From assembly GCA_964437835.1 (NCBI GenBank), contig CAYTJA010000088.1, positions 1,357 to 65,356 of the forward strand: a stretch of 64,000 nucleotides of DNA, written 5' to 3'. Source of the DNA: an uncultured Spirochaetales bacterium. GTDB lineage: Bacteria > Myxococcota_A > UBA9160 > SMWR01. The position numbers were made by a program, and so were the translations under genes. The notes beneath the pieces were generated by a model. The model did no database searches. It was not told the origin of the DNA and was given only the letters and a program-made list of their open reading frames with translations. Below are positions 1 to 9,642 of this stretch, one piece after another (the stretch's first letter is position 1; each line of letters opens with the position of its first letter).

Positions 1-2
1 GC

Positions 3-659
3 TGCTCCGAAGAGCTCGCGGCCGCGCCGGCGCAGCGCGGCGGCCCGATGAAGTACATCGACGACGCGGTGCGCGAATCCGGCGGCGCTCAGCTCGGCCG
101 CATCGAGTACTTCCAGCACAGCCACGCCGGGTTGCGCGCGTTCACGCATTCCGAGCTCGCGCTCGGGCTGGTCGAGCAGCTCTTCGGCGAGCCGGCGCTG
201 CTGTTCAAGGACAAGGTCAACTACAAGCTGCCGGGCGGCGCGCCCTTCGAGCCCCACCAGGACATCCAGGCGGGCTGGGGCAAGTACTGCGGCACCCACC
301 TCACGCTGGTCGCGCACCTCGACGCCGCGACGCCCGAGAACGGCTGCCTCGAGGTCGCGCGCGGCGCGCCGCGCCAGCAGCTGCTGGGCGAGAGCTGGCG
401 CCCGCTCGAGGCCGGCGGGCTGCGAGGTCTCGAATTCGTGCCCTGCCCGGCCGAGCCCGGCGAGCTGCTCTGCTTCGACTCGTACGTCCCGCACCGCTCG
501 GCGTCGAACCGCAGCGCGAGCCCGCGGCGGGTGCTCTATCTCACCTACAATCCACGCTCGCAAGGCGATCACTACGAGCGCTACTTCGCCGACAAGCGGG
601 CGGCCTATCCGCCCGACGCCGAGCGAGAGCCGGGCCGAACCTATCGCTATCGGGTGTAG
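3..659 (+). CDS. Fe(II)/2-oxoglutarate dioxygenase, phytanoyl-CoA dioxygenase (PhyH)-like; 5' end cut by window edge
   Basis: The frame is open from the window edge through the listed ATG at 48, so the gene probably starts upstream. It has an H-x-D iron ligand element (HQD) and a distal His (SYVPHRS) with PhyH-like spacing, and GC3-rich codons. The stop lies 4 nt before the next start. Confidence 0.7.
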   Translation, partial: CSEELAAAPAQRGGPMKYIDDAVRESGGAQLGRIEYFQHSHAGLRAFTHSELALGLVEQLFGEPALLFKDKVNYKLPGGAPFEPHQDIQAGWGKYCGTHLTLVAHLDAATPENGCLEVARGAPRQQLLGESWRPLEAGGLRGLEFVPCPAEPGELLCFDSYVPHRSASNRSASPRRVLYLTYNPRSQGDHYERYFADKRAAYPPDAEREPGRTYRYRV

Positions 660-663
660 CGCG

Positions 664-2316
664 ATGCCGCAATCACAGGACTACGAGCGCGGCAGCGCGG
701 GTCGCGTGCAGGGCGCGACGGCCGCCGGGCGGCTGCGCGCGCTGCTCGCGTCCGCGCAGCCCGAGTACCTGCTCGAGGCGCACAACGCGCTCTCCGCGAA
801 GATCGCCGAAGAGGCCGGCATGGCCGGCATCTGGGCCAGCTCGCTCACGCTCTCGGCCTCCTTCGGCCTGCGCGACAACAGCGAGCTCACGATGACGCAG
901 GCGCTCGAAGTGCTCGAGGCGATGACGGCGCGCGTCGAGATCCCGATCCTCTTCGACGGCGACACCGGCTACGGGCAGTTCAGCCATTTCCAGCATCTCG
1001 TGTACAAGCTCGAATCGAGATCGGTGGCCGGCGTCTGCATCGAGGATAAGCGCTTCCCGAAGACGAACTCCTTCCTGCGCTCCGAGGAGCAGGAGCTCGT
1101 CAGTGTCGACGAGTTCTGCGGCAAGCTGCGCGCGGGCGCCGACGCGCGCCGCGATGCGGACTTCGTGCTCGTCGCGCGGACCGAAGCCCTGATCACGGGG
1201 CTCCCGCTCGCAGAGGCGCTCTCTCGCGCCGAACGCTATGCCGAGGCCGGGGCCGACGCGATCCTCGTCCACTCGAAGGCGTCGACCTTCGCGCCGCTGC
1301 AGGAGTTCATGGCGAGCTGGAGCGGCAGGGTTCCGGTGGTCTGCGTTCCGACCACCTACTACGGGACGCCCCCCGAGAGCTTCGCGCGCGCGGGCATCTC
1401 GCTGGTGATCTGGGCCAATCACATGATGCGGGCCGGCGTCGCAGCGATGCAGCGCGTGGCCGCGCGCTTGGCCGCCGCGCAGAGCGCCCGCGAAGTCGAA
1501 GACGAAATTGCACCGGTCGCGGAGCTGTTCCGGCTCCAGGACGAGCCTGGCCTCGCTGCCAGCGAGCAGCGCTATGCGGCCGCGCCGCCGCAGCGCGCGG
1601 TGATCCTCGCGGCGTCGCGCGGCGAAGGCCTGGACGAGCTCACGGCGCTGCGCCCGAAGTGCATGATCCCGATCGCCGGGCTCTCGCCGCTCGAGCGCCT
1701 GGTGCAGCACCTGCGCGCCGAGGGCGTGCGCGAGATCTGTGCGGTGCGCGGGTATCGGCCGGCGGCGGTCGAGCTTCCGGGCGTGCGCGGCATCGACAAT
1801 CCGCGCTGGCAGGAGACCGGGGAGATCGGCTCGCTGGCCGTCGCACTTGGCGAGCTCAGCGGCGAGGTCGTGATCGCCTACGGCGACGTGATCTTCAAGC
1901 GCTACGTGCTGCACGAGCTGCTCGCCTGCGACGCTCCGCTCGCGATCGTGGTCGACGCGTCTCGCTCCTTCGTCTCGCATAAGCAGCGGGTCGACCGCGC
2001 GGCGGTCTCGGGGCGGCCGGAGGCGACCTTCGACGAGCACGCGTATCAACTCCTCGACATCGGCCCCGAGCTCTCGGACGCGCAGGCCGACGGCCAGTGG
2101 ATCGGCCTGCTGCGCAGCCGGGGCAGCGGCACCCGAGCGCTCGCCGACGCGCTCCTGCGCCTGCTCGCACGCCCCGGGGGCGAGCGTTCCGACATGGCGT
2201 CGCTGCTGCGCGAGCTGCTCTCCTGCGGCGCGCAGATCCGCGTGCTCTACATCCACGGGGACTGGGTCGACATCAACAGCCTCGCCGACGTCGCGGCCGG
2301 GAACCTCGCGTCGTGA
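664..2316 (+). CDS. pepM: Phosphoenolpyruvate mutase fused to a C-terminal nucleotidyltransferase (PntC-like) domain
   Basis: The N-terminal ~300 aa have an ICL/PEP-mutase fold with the PEP-mutase-diagnostic EDKxxxxxNS motif (EDKRFPKTNS, nt 1042-1071). From about nt 1594 there is a MobA/GlmU-like NTP-transferase domain (AVILAASRGEGL...KCMIPIAG). It is one uninterrupted 550-aa ORF. Confidence 0.9.
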   Translation: MPQSQDYERGSAGRVQGATAAGRLRALLASAQPEYLLEAHNALSAKIAEEAGMAGIWASSLTLSASFGLRDNSELTMTQALEVLEAMTARVEIPILFDGDTGYGQFSHFQHLVYKLESRSVAGVCIEDKRFPKTNSFLRSEEQELVSVDEFCGKLRAGADARRDADFVLVARTEALITGLPLAEALSRAERYAEAGADAILVHSKASTFAPLQEFMASWSGRVPVVCVPTTYYGTPPESFARAGISLVIWANHMMRAGVAAMQRVAARLAAAQSAREVEDEIAPVAELFRLQDEPGLAASEQRYAAAPPQRAVILAASRGEGLDELTALRPKCMIPIAGLSPLERLVQHLRAEGVREICAVRGYRPAAVELPGVRGIDNPRWQETGEIGSLAVALGELSGEVVIAYGDVIFKRYVLHELLACDAPLAIVVDASRSFVSHKQRVDRAAVSGRPEATFDEHAYQLLDIGPELSDAQADGQWIGLLRSRGSGTRALADALLRLLARPGGERSDMASLLRELLSCGAQIRVLYIHGDWVDINSLADVAAGNLAS

Positions 2317-3101
2317 CGCGGCCCGGGGAGCCGTCGCGCGCAGAGGCCGCGGGGCCGCTGCGGGAAGCGGTGCTGCTCGCGGCGGGCGTCGGCTCGCGCC
2401 TCGGCACGCTGGCCGGAGTACTGCCGAAGGGGCTGATCGAGGTCGGCGGCGAGAGCCTCGTCGGCCGCTCGCTGCGGCTGCTGCGCGAGCGCGGGGTCAC
2501 GCGCTGCGTGCTCGTGACGGGCTACCGCGCGGAAGCCTATCGGGAGGCCTTCGGCTCGCTGCCGGGGGTCGAGTTCGCGCACAATCCGGACTACGCGCAG
2601 ACCGGCACGATGGCCTCGCTCGCGTGCGCGCTCGCACGCGTCGACGGGCCCTGCCTGCTGCTCGAGAGCGATCTGTATTACGAGGCGCGCGCGCTCGACG
2701 CGCTGCTCGCGTTCCCGCACGCCGATGCGATCCTCGCCTCGCAGGCGACCGGCGCCGGCGACGAAGTCTTCCTCGAGGCGAAGGACGGCCTGGTGGTGAG
2801 GCTCTCGAAGCAGCGCGACGCGATCGGCGAAGTCGCGGGCGAGCTCGTGGGCCTGTCACGGATCTCTCACGCACTGGGCCGGCGGCTGCTCGAGCTGAAC
2901 CGCGAACGGTGCCTCGCCTCGGGCCACGACCGCCTCAGCTACGACACCGACCTGCTCGACGCCGTGGCGCGGGAGCGAGAGATCTGGCTGCTCCGCGTTC
3001 CGGATCTGCTCTGGAGCGAGCTCGACGACGCGCGTCACTGGCAGCGGCTGCAGCGGGAAATCGCTCCGGCCATTGCGGCACGCGAGCGCGGGACGCGCTG
3101 A
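2313..3101 (+). CDS. Stand-alone nucleotidyltransferase (LicC/GlmU-like, alcohol- or sugar-phosphate cytidylyl/nucleotidyltransferase)
   Basis: The GTG at 2313 overlaps the upstream stop (GTGA). It carries the N-terminal nucleotide-binding signature LLAAGVGSRLG...LPKGLIEVGG. The ORF-track start at 2097 lies inside the previous gene and is rejected. Confidence 0.8.
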   Translation: MTRPGEPSRAEAAGPLREAVLLAAGVGSRLGTLAGVLPKGLIEVGGESLVGRSLRLLRERGVTRCVLVTGYRAEAYREAFGSLPGVEFAHNPDYAQTGTMASLACALARVDGPCLLLESDLYYEARALDALLAFPHADAILASQATGAGDEVFLEAKDGLVVRLSKQRDAIGEVAGELVGLSRISHALGRRLLELNRERCLASGHDRLSYDTDLLDAVAREREIWLLRVPDLLWSELDDARHWQRLQREIAPAIAARERGTR

Positions 3102-3117
3102 CCCCAGCCGAGACGCG

Positions 3118-4002
3118 ATGATCTTCCAGCTGCTGCTCGGCATCGCGCTGCTGTTCGCGCTCGGGGCGCTCTTCATCGGCGCTGCCCAGCTCACCGGCCG
3201 CATGCGGGGGTCTCGGGTCTGGAAGGCCTATGCCACCGAATTCGCGACCGTCGCGGTGGTCGTCTTGCCGGCCTGGCAGGGCGGGTTCTGGCTCTGCACG
3301 GCGCTGCTGCTGCTGGCGCTCTGCTGTGCGCGCGAGCTCTATGCGGTGCTCGCTCTCAGTGGAGATCGACCCGCGACGGCCGCCGGGCTCGCGCTGAACG
3401 CGCTCGCGGTGGGGCTCGGAGTCTCAGCGCCGATGGGTTTGGCCCCCGCACTCGCGGGGGTCGGCCTCGCGTTCGGCGTTCTCCGGTTGCCGCGGCTCTG
3501 GGCTCGGGCCCCCGTGCGCCGCGTCGGGAGCACGCTGCTCGGAGCGCTCTACCCAGGGCTCTGCGTCGGCTGTCTCGCTGCGCTTGCCCTACGTGAGGGT
3601 GGTTTCGGCTACGCGCTGTTTGCATTCGCGCTGGTAGAGATCAACGACTGCGTCGCCTTTCTGGTCGGCTCGAGCATCGGTCGGCGACAGCTGTTCCCAA
3701 ATCTGTCACCAAAGAAGACCCTCGCAGGAAGCGTCGCTGGTGCAGCTGCGGCTCTTATCGCTGCGAACATGTTCTCATTTCTTGTTCCGCAGCTCTCGGG
3801 CCCCGCTCGCTTCGGGGCCGGGCTGCTGCTGGCGGTCGGCGGACCTGCGGGGGACCTGCTCGCCTCCGCATTCAAGCGGCGGGCAGGGGTGAAGGATTTT
3901 GGAAACAGCGTTCCAGTCGCAGGAGGAATTCTCGACGTTTACGACTCATTCATTCTTGTTTCGCCGTTGCTCTACCTCTACCTTGGCGCGCTGAACGTGT
4001 AG
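3118..4002 (+). CDS. CdsA-like polytopic membrane enzyme (CTP_transf_1 / phosphatidate cytidylyltransferase family) with divergent signature
   Basis: Multiple hydrophobic segments. The C-terminal SAFKRRAGVKDFGNSVPVAGGILDVYDS resembles the CdsA signature (S-x-h-K-R-x4-K-D ... P-G-H-G-G-x2-D-R-x-D) but has HGG->AGG and DR->DV. The ATG at 3118 is the first ATG after the upstream stop, so the start is uncertain. Confidence 0.65.
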   Translation: MIFQLLLGIALLFALGALFIGAAQLTGRMRGSRVWKAYATEFATVAVVVLPAWQGGFWLCTALLLLALCCARELYAVLALSGDRPATAAGLALNALAVGLGVSAPMGLAPALAGVGLAFGVLRLPRLWARAPVRRVGSTLLGALYPGLCVGCLAALALREGGFGYALFAFALVEINDCVAFLVGSSIGRRQLFPNLSPKKTLAGSVAGAAAALIAANMFSFLVPQLSGPARFGAGLLLAVGGPAGDLLASAFKRRAGVKDFGNSVPVAGGILDVYDSFILVSPLLYLYLGALNV

Positions 4003-4028
4003 CCGGCCCCCTAGGAGATCGGATCCGC

Positions 4029-5597
4029 GTGCAATACATCCTTGCCCACGACCTCGGTACCTCGAGCAACAAGGCAGTTCTCACCACGGATCGCGGGGAG
4101 ATCGTCGCCGCGACCCAGGTAGCGTATCCGCTGATTTCGCCGCGGCCCGAGATCGCCGAACAGGATCCCGAGCACTGGTGGGAGGCGGTCGCGCGGGCGT
4201 CGCGCGACGTCATCGCGCAGGCGGGCATCGCTCCCGAAGACGTCGCTGCGCTCTGCTTCGCCGGCCAGATGCAGTGCACGCTGCCGGTCGACCGCGAAGG
4301 CCAGCCGCTGATGAACGCGATGATCTGGCTCGATTCGCGGGCGCAGCGGCAATCGCGAGAGATCACGCGCGGCTGGCCGAAGATCGAGGGCTACGGTGCC
4401 ATGCGGCTGTGGCGCTGGATCCGGCTCACGAATGGCGTGCCGACGCTCTCGGGCAAGGACCCGGTCGCGAAGATGCTCTGGCTGCGCGAGCAGCGACCCG
4501 ATCTGTGGCGGCGCGCTCACAAGCTGCTCGATGCGAAAGATTTCCTGCTCTACCGCTGCGCGGGGCGCTTCGTGACGTCCTGGGATTGCGGCAACACGAG
4601 CTGGCTGATGGATACGCGTCCGGGCCGGATCGGCTGGTCGGAGCCGTTGCTGCGGATGCTCGGCATCGACGTCGAGCGCCTGCCGACACTCGTCCCCGGA
4701 ACTGCACAGGTAGGTCCGCTGCTGCCGGCGGCGGCCACTGCGCTCGGAATCCCCGCGGGCGTCCCGGTCATCGCCGGCGCGGGTGACGTCGCGTCGATGG
4801 CGGTCGGCACCGGCACCGTGCGGGATGGCGCGGTGCACCTCGGAATCGGCACCAGCGCCTGGCTCGCAGCGCACGTCGATCATCGCACGCGCGATCTGCG
4901 CTCCTACATCGCTTCGATCTGCAGCGCCCATCCGGACCGCCAGCTGCTCGTCGCGCACCAGGAGACGGGAGGTGCCTGCATCGAGTGGCTGCGGCGCTCG
5001 CTCGGGCAGGCGATCAATTCCGGCCAGGGTCCGGCGACCTACAAGGACCTCGATGCAGTCGCCGAGCGTTATGAGCCGGGCGCCGGTGGCGTGCTCTTCT
5101 TGCCATGGCTGGCCGGCGAGTACGCGCCGGTCGACGACCCCTGGCTGCGCGGGGGCTTCGTGAACCTGGCACTCCGCCACGACGCAGGTCACATGGTTCG
5201 GGCCGTCTTCGAGGGGGTCGCGCTGAATGCCCGCTGGGCACTCGGCAAGCTCGAGCGCTTGCTCGGCGGTCCCGCGCGCTGCCTGCGCTTCGCCGGCGGC
5301 GGAGCCTCGAGCGAGCCCTGGTGCCAGATTCTCGCGGACGTCTGCGGGCGGGAGGTCGTGCAGTTCGATCGGCCGCAGTTTGCGGCCGCGCGCGGCGCGG
5401 CGCTGATCGCCGCGCACGCGCTCGGCAGGGTGCCGGATTTCGCGGAGATCGAGGAGCTCGTGCCCGGGCGCGCGCGCTACACCCCGCGCGCCGAGCTTCG
5501 CGAGCTCTACGACGAGCGCTTCGCGCTCTTCCTCGATTTCTACCGCCGCAATCGCAGCTTCTTCGAGCGCGCGAACGCGAGCCCCACGCCGGCGTCG

Positions 5598-5603
<6 letters not shown>
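4029..5603 (+). CDS. FGGY-family carbohydrate/polyol kinase (xylulokinase/glycerol-kinase-like)
   Basis: N-terminal ILAHDLGTSSNKAVL (actin-fold ATPase phosphate-1 motif), FGGY-typical length (524 aa) and a C-terminal GGGASSEPWCQILADV motif. An AGGAG SD lies 11 nt upstream of the GTG start. Confidence 0.85.
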
Positions 5604-6325
<722 letters not shown>

Positions 6326-6326
<1 letters not shown>

Positions 6327-7474
6327 CAGAAGAGCTCCGCGGGGTCGAGCAGCGCGAGCTTGCGCAGCGCGAAGATGCCGGCGGCGCTGCACATCCCGAA
6401 CGAGAGCACTGCGACGCCGAAGAGCGAGCTCCACGCGAAGTGCACCGGCAGCCCGGTCCACGCGCCGAGGCCCTGCTGCAGTGCGAGGCCCAGCAGGGCT
6501 GCCGGGAGCGAGCCCGCGAGCGATAGCAGCAGCGCCTGCGTCATCACGACGCGCGAGAGGAAGGGCCGGCCATAGCCCATCGCGACGAGCGTCGCGTACT
6601 CGCGCATGTGGTCGAGCACGTCGGTGTAGAGGATCTGGTAGCAGACGACGGTACCCGCGGCGAAGCCGAGCACGACGCCGACGAGCAGCACGATGCTGAT
6701 CGGCGTGCCGCGCTTCCAATACTCGAGGTCGCGCTGCATCAGGCCTGCGTGCGTGTAGACCTCGACGTCGTTCGGGAGCGCTGCGCGCAGCGCAGGCAGC
6801 AGCTCGTGAGCGCGAATGCCCGGCGCGACCCGCAACGCCGCGAGCTCGATCTGCTGCGCTGCCAAGGGGTCGAGCGCGAGCGCGGTCGCCTCGCCGACGA
6901 TCAGGTTGCCGTCGGCCTCGAAATCGCTGCCGAGCGAAAAGGTGCCGACGATCTCGATCGGGTGGCGCGCGAGCTGGCCGGGCCCCGCGACGAGCGGGCC
7001 GTAGCTGTTGCGCGAGCGCGCATCGATCAGGCCCGTCCAGGGCCGACGCAGCGCCTCCGCGGCCGCGGCGATGGCCGGCTCGCGGAAGATCGGATCCGGC
7101 GGCGCGAAGCCGATCACGCGGATCGGCCGCTCGGAGCCCGCGAGCGGATTCTTCCAGAACACGAGATCCAGCCAGAGTGGATAGGCCGCGGCAACGCCGG
7201 GCACCGACAGCGCCTGGTAGAGGCGCTCGCGCGGCATCGCGTTGCGCGCGAGGAAGGGGCGCTTCTCGCCGCTCATGACGATCAGATCCGCGTCGATCTG
7301 GCGCAGCAGCTCGAGCGAGCTGTCGAGCAGCGCGGCGCGAAACACCAGCTGCGCGATCATCAGCAACAGCGCGGCGCAGACCCCCGCGGCGCAGGCCGCG
7401 AGCCGCACGCGATCGTGGCGCAGCAGCGCGAGCGCCAGCCGGACCGCGACCCAGCGCTCGAACGCGGTGCGCAT
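6326..7474 (-). CDS. devC: ABC exporter permease, DevC family (FtsX/MacB-fold), copy 2
   Basis: An N-terminal TM helix, a large periplasmic region, then 3 C-terminal TM helices ending in ...DPAELF. It is paralogous to the upstream gene. The ATG at 7474 overlaps the upstream stop (ATGA). Confidence 0.85.
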
Positions 7475-8652
7475 CAGTAGAGCTCCGCCGGATCCGCGCG
7501 GCGCAACCGGCCCAGGCAGAGCAGCGCCGCCGCGACGGACATCGCGAGCGTCAGCGCGCCGACGCCCGCGACGAGGCCCGCGCTCATCGAGATCGGCAGC
7601 AGCGTCCAGTGCTGCACCAGCGCGAAGCTCCCGAGGGCCAGGCACAGCGCGGGGACGAAGCCCAGCGCGACCAGGATGCCCGCCTCGGCCAGCACGAAGC
7701 GCCGCAGCCTGGCGTGGCTGTAGCCCATGGCCTTGAGCGTCGCGAAGAGCGGCAGCTGATTGCGGATGTCGGTCGCGAGCACCTGGTGCAGCACGACGAG
7801 CCCAACCGCGAAGCCCGCGAACGCGCCCATGCCGAAGATGTTGCCGACGGCCGTGTTCTCGACCCAGTGGCGGATCTGGAGCCGGGAGAGCTCGTCGCGC
7901 GTCAACACCAGCAGGTCCGGCGGCAGCAGCCGGGTCAGCTCCGCGGCGGCCGCGCGCGGCTCCGCACCGGGGCGAAGTTTGATCAGGCCGAGCTGCGCGC
8001 GGTCCAGGGGATGGCCCGCGAAATAGCGCGAGAAGGCGTCGTCCGAGAGCAACAGCGAGCCGTCGCCGAGGAAGCCGACACCGAGCGAATAGCGGCCCAC
8101 GACGACCGCGGCCTGCTCGCGCAGCTCGACGCGCCCCGCTGGATCGAGGGGGCCGCAGACGCTCTGCGTCCGCGTATCGAGCAGCAGCGCGTCGGAGGCC
8201 GCGAGTGCGGGCAGCTGCTCCGCCAGACCCGGAACGCGCAGCGGCGCTCCGGCGTCGAGCGGAAAACCGAGCGCGAACAATTTGCAGTGCTCGCCGGAAA
8301 CCGGATCGCGCCAGCGCGCATAGCGCAGGTACAGCGGGCGCGCGCTCGCGACTGCGGGCACGGCCAGCGCCTGGAACAGCCGCGCGCGGTCGATCTCGTC
8401 GGCCTCGGAGAGATGCACGAAGCGCGGCGAGACGAGCACGAGATCGGCGTCGAGGTGCGACGGAATTGCGGTCGCGGTGCGTACGACCGCGCGGTAGAAG
8501 CCGAGCTGCAGGAAGATCACCAGGATCGAGAACGCGATTCCGGCCGCGGCGACCGCGCTGCGCAGCTTCTGGTGCGCGACCAGGCGCCACGCGAAGGCGA
8601 CGCGTCGCGGCACCCGCGCGGGCAGGGACGCGCTGCGGGAAGCGTCCGTCAC
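7474..8652 (-). CDS. devC: ABC exporter permease, DevC family (FtsX/MacB-fold), copy 1
   Basis: AFAWRLVAHQKLRSAVAAAGIAFSILVIFLQLGF N-terminus typical of DevC; the C-terminus ends in ...DPAELY. The GTG at 8652 overlaps the DevB stop (GTGA). It is in frame with the listed ORF, and the longer listed form is rejected. Confidence 0.8.
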   Translation of the reverse strand: MTDASRSASLPARVPRRVAFAWRLVAHQKLRSAVAAAGIAFSILVIFLQLGFYRAVVRTATAIPSHLDADLVLVSPRFVHLSEADEIDRARLFQALAVPAVASARPLYLRYARWRDPVSGEHCKLFALGFPLDAGAPLRVPGLAEQLPALAASDALLLDTRTQSVCGPLDPAGRVELREQAAVVVGRYSLGVGFLGDGSLLLSDDAFSRYFAGHPLDRAQLGLIKLRPGAEPRAAAAELTRLLPPDLLVLTRDELSRLQIRHWVENTAVGNIFGMGAFAGFAVGLVVLHQVLATDIRNQLPLFATLKAMGYSHARLRRFVLAEAGILVALGFVPALCLALGSFALVQHWTLLPISMSAGLVAGVGALTLAMSVAAALLCLGRLRRADPAELY

Positions 8653-9641
8653 TCTCCGACGAAGAGGCGCACCTGGCCCTCGAGGTTCGTGAAGCGCGCG
8701 GCGCGCTCGCTCTGCGTCAGGCGCACGCGCACTTCGAAGACGCGCAGTCCGCGCGGAGCGCTCGGATCCTCCCCGAAGATGCGGTTGTCGTAGATCGCGG
8801 CGCCGATGTCTTCGACGACGCCCTCGACGCCCTCGGGCAGGGCCGCACTCGTGAACAGCGCGCGCTGGCCGACCCTGACGTGGCGGATGTCGTTCGCGTG
8901 CACTTCGGCCACGGCCATCATCTGGCGCGTCTCCCCGAGATGCACCAACGGCTGGGCCCCCGCGCGCTCGCCAGGCCGCAGCGAGAGCTTCAGGACTTCG
9001 GCGTCGAGCGGGGCGTAGATGTGCGCCTGCGCGAGCAGCACCTCGGCGCGCTTTACAGTGTTGTCTGCGCTGCGGCGCTCGAGCTCGAGGCTGCCCTCGA
9101 GGCGCGAGAGCGAGGCGCGGGCTTCGGCCAGCGACTCGGAGGCGACACGCGCGCGCAGCTCGGCGTCGCGGAATTCCTGGCCGGTCATGAAGCCCTGTAC
9201 CGACAAGCCGCGCTGGCGTTCGACCTCGGCCATCGCGTGTGCGCGCTCGGCCTCGCCGCTGCGCACGCGCGCGCGCTGGGCCTGGAGGTCGAAGGGCAAC
9301 AGCTCGACGCGCTCGCGCGCGAGGCGCGCGGCCTCGAGCTCGGCCTCGCGCGCAGCCGCGGATGCGAAGGTCAGCAGCAGCTGACCCCGCTGCACGCGCT
9401 CGCCCTCGCGCACGTGGAGCTCGGAGACGACGTCGTCGATCGGCGCGCCGAGGCGCACGACGCGGCTCGCGGGCTCGAGCCGCGCGAGCGCGACGACGCT
9501 CTCGCGCGCCGGCTCCGCAGTGGGTGCAGCCACCGCCTCCGAGCGGCCGCGCTGCGACGGCAGCCACGCGGCGAAGAGCGCCGCCGCGCAACCGGCGCTG
9601 ATGAAGCATGCGACGCGCGAAGGTTTCATGCGATTGGGCAT
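8649..9641 (-). CDS. devB: HlyD-type membrane fusion protein, DevB family
   Basis: Signal/anchor segment, a barrel-sandwich hybrid region (VSELHVREGERVQRGQLL), a long coiled-coil hairpin, then a beta-barrel domain. It lies immediately upstream of the DevC/DevA genes. Alternative start ATG 9629. Confidence 0.85.
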   Translation of the reverse strand: MPNRMKPSRVACFISAGCAAALFAAWLPSQRGRSEAVAAPTAEPARESVVALARLEPASRVVRLGAPIDDVVSELHVREGERVQRGQLLLTFASAAAREAELEAARLARERVELLPFDLQAQRARVRSGEAERAHAMAEVERQRGLSVQGFMTGQEFRDAELRARVASESLAEARASLSRLEGSLELERRSADNTVKRAEVLLAQAHIYAPLDAEVLKLSLRPGERAGAQPLVHLGETRQMMAVAEVHANDIRHVRVGQRALFTSAALPEGVEGVVEDIGAAIYDNRIFGEDPSAPRGLRVFEVRVRLTQSERAARFTNLEGQVRLFVGE

Positions 9642-9642
9642 G

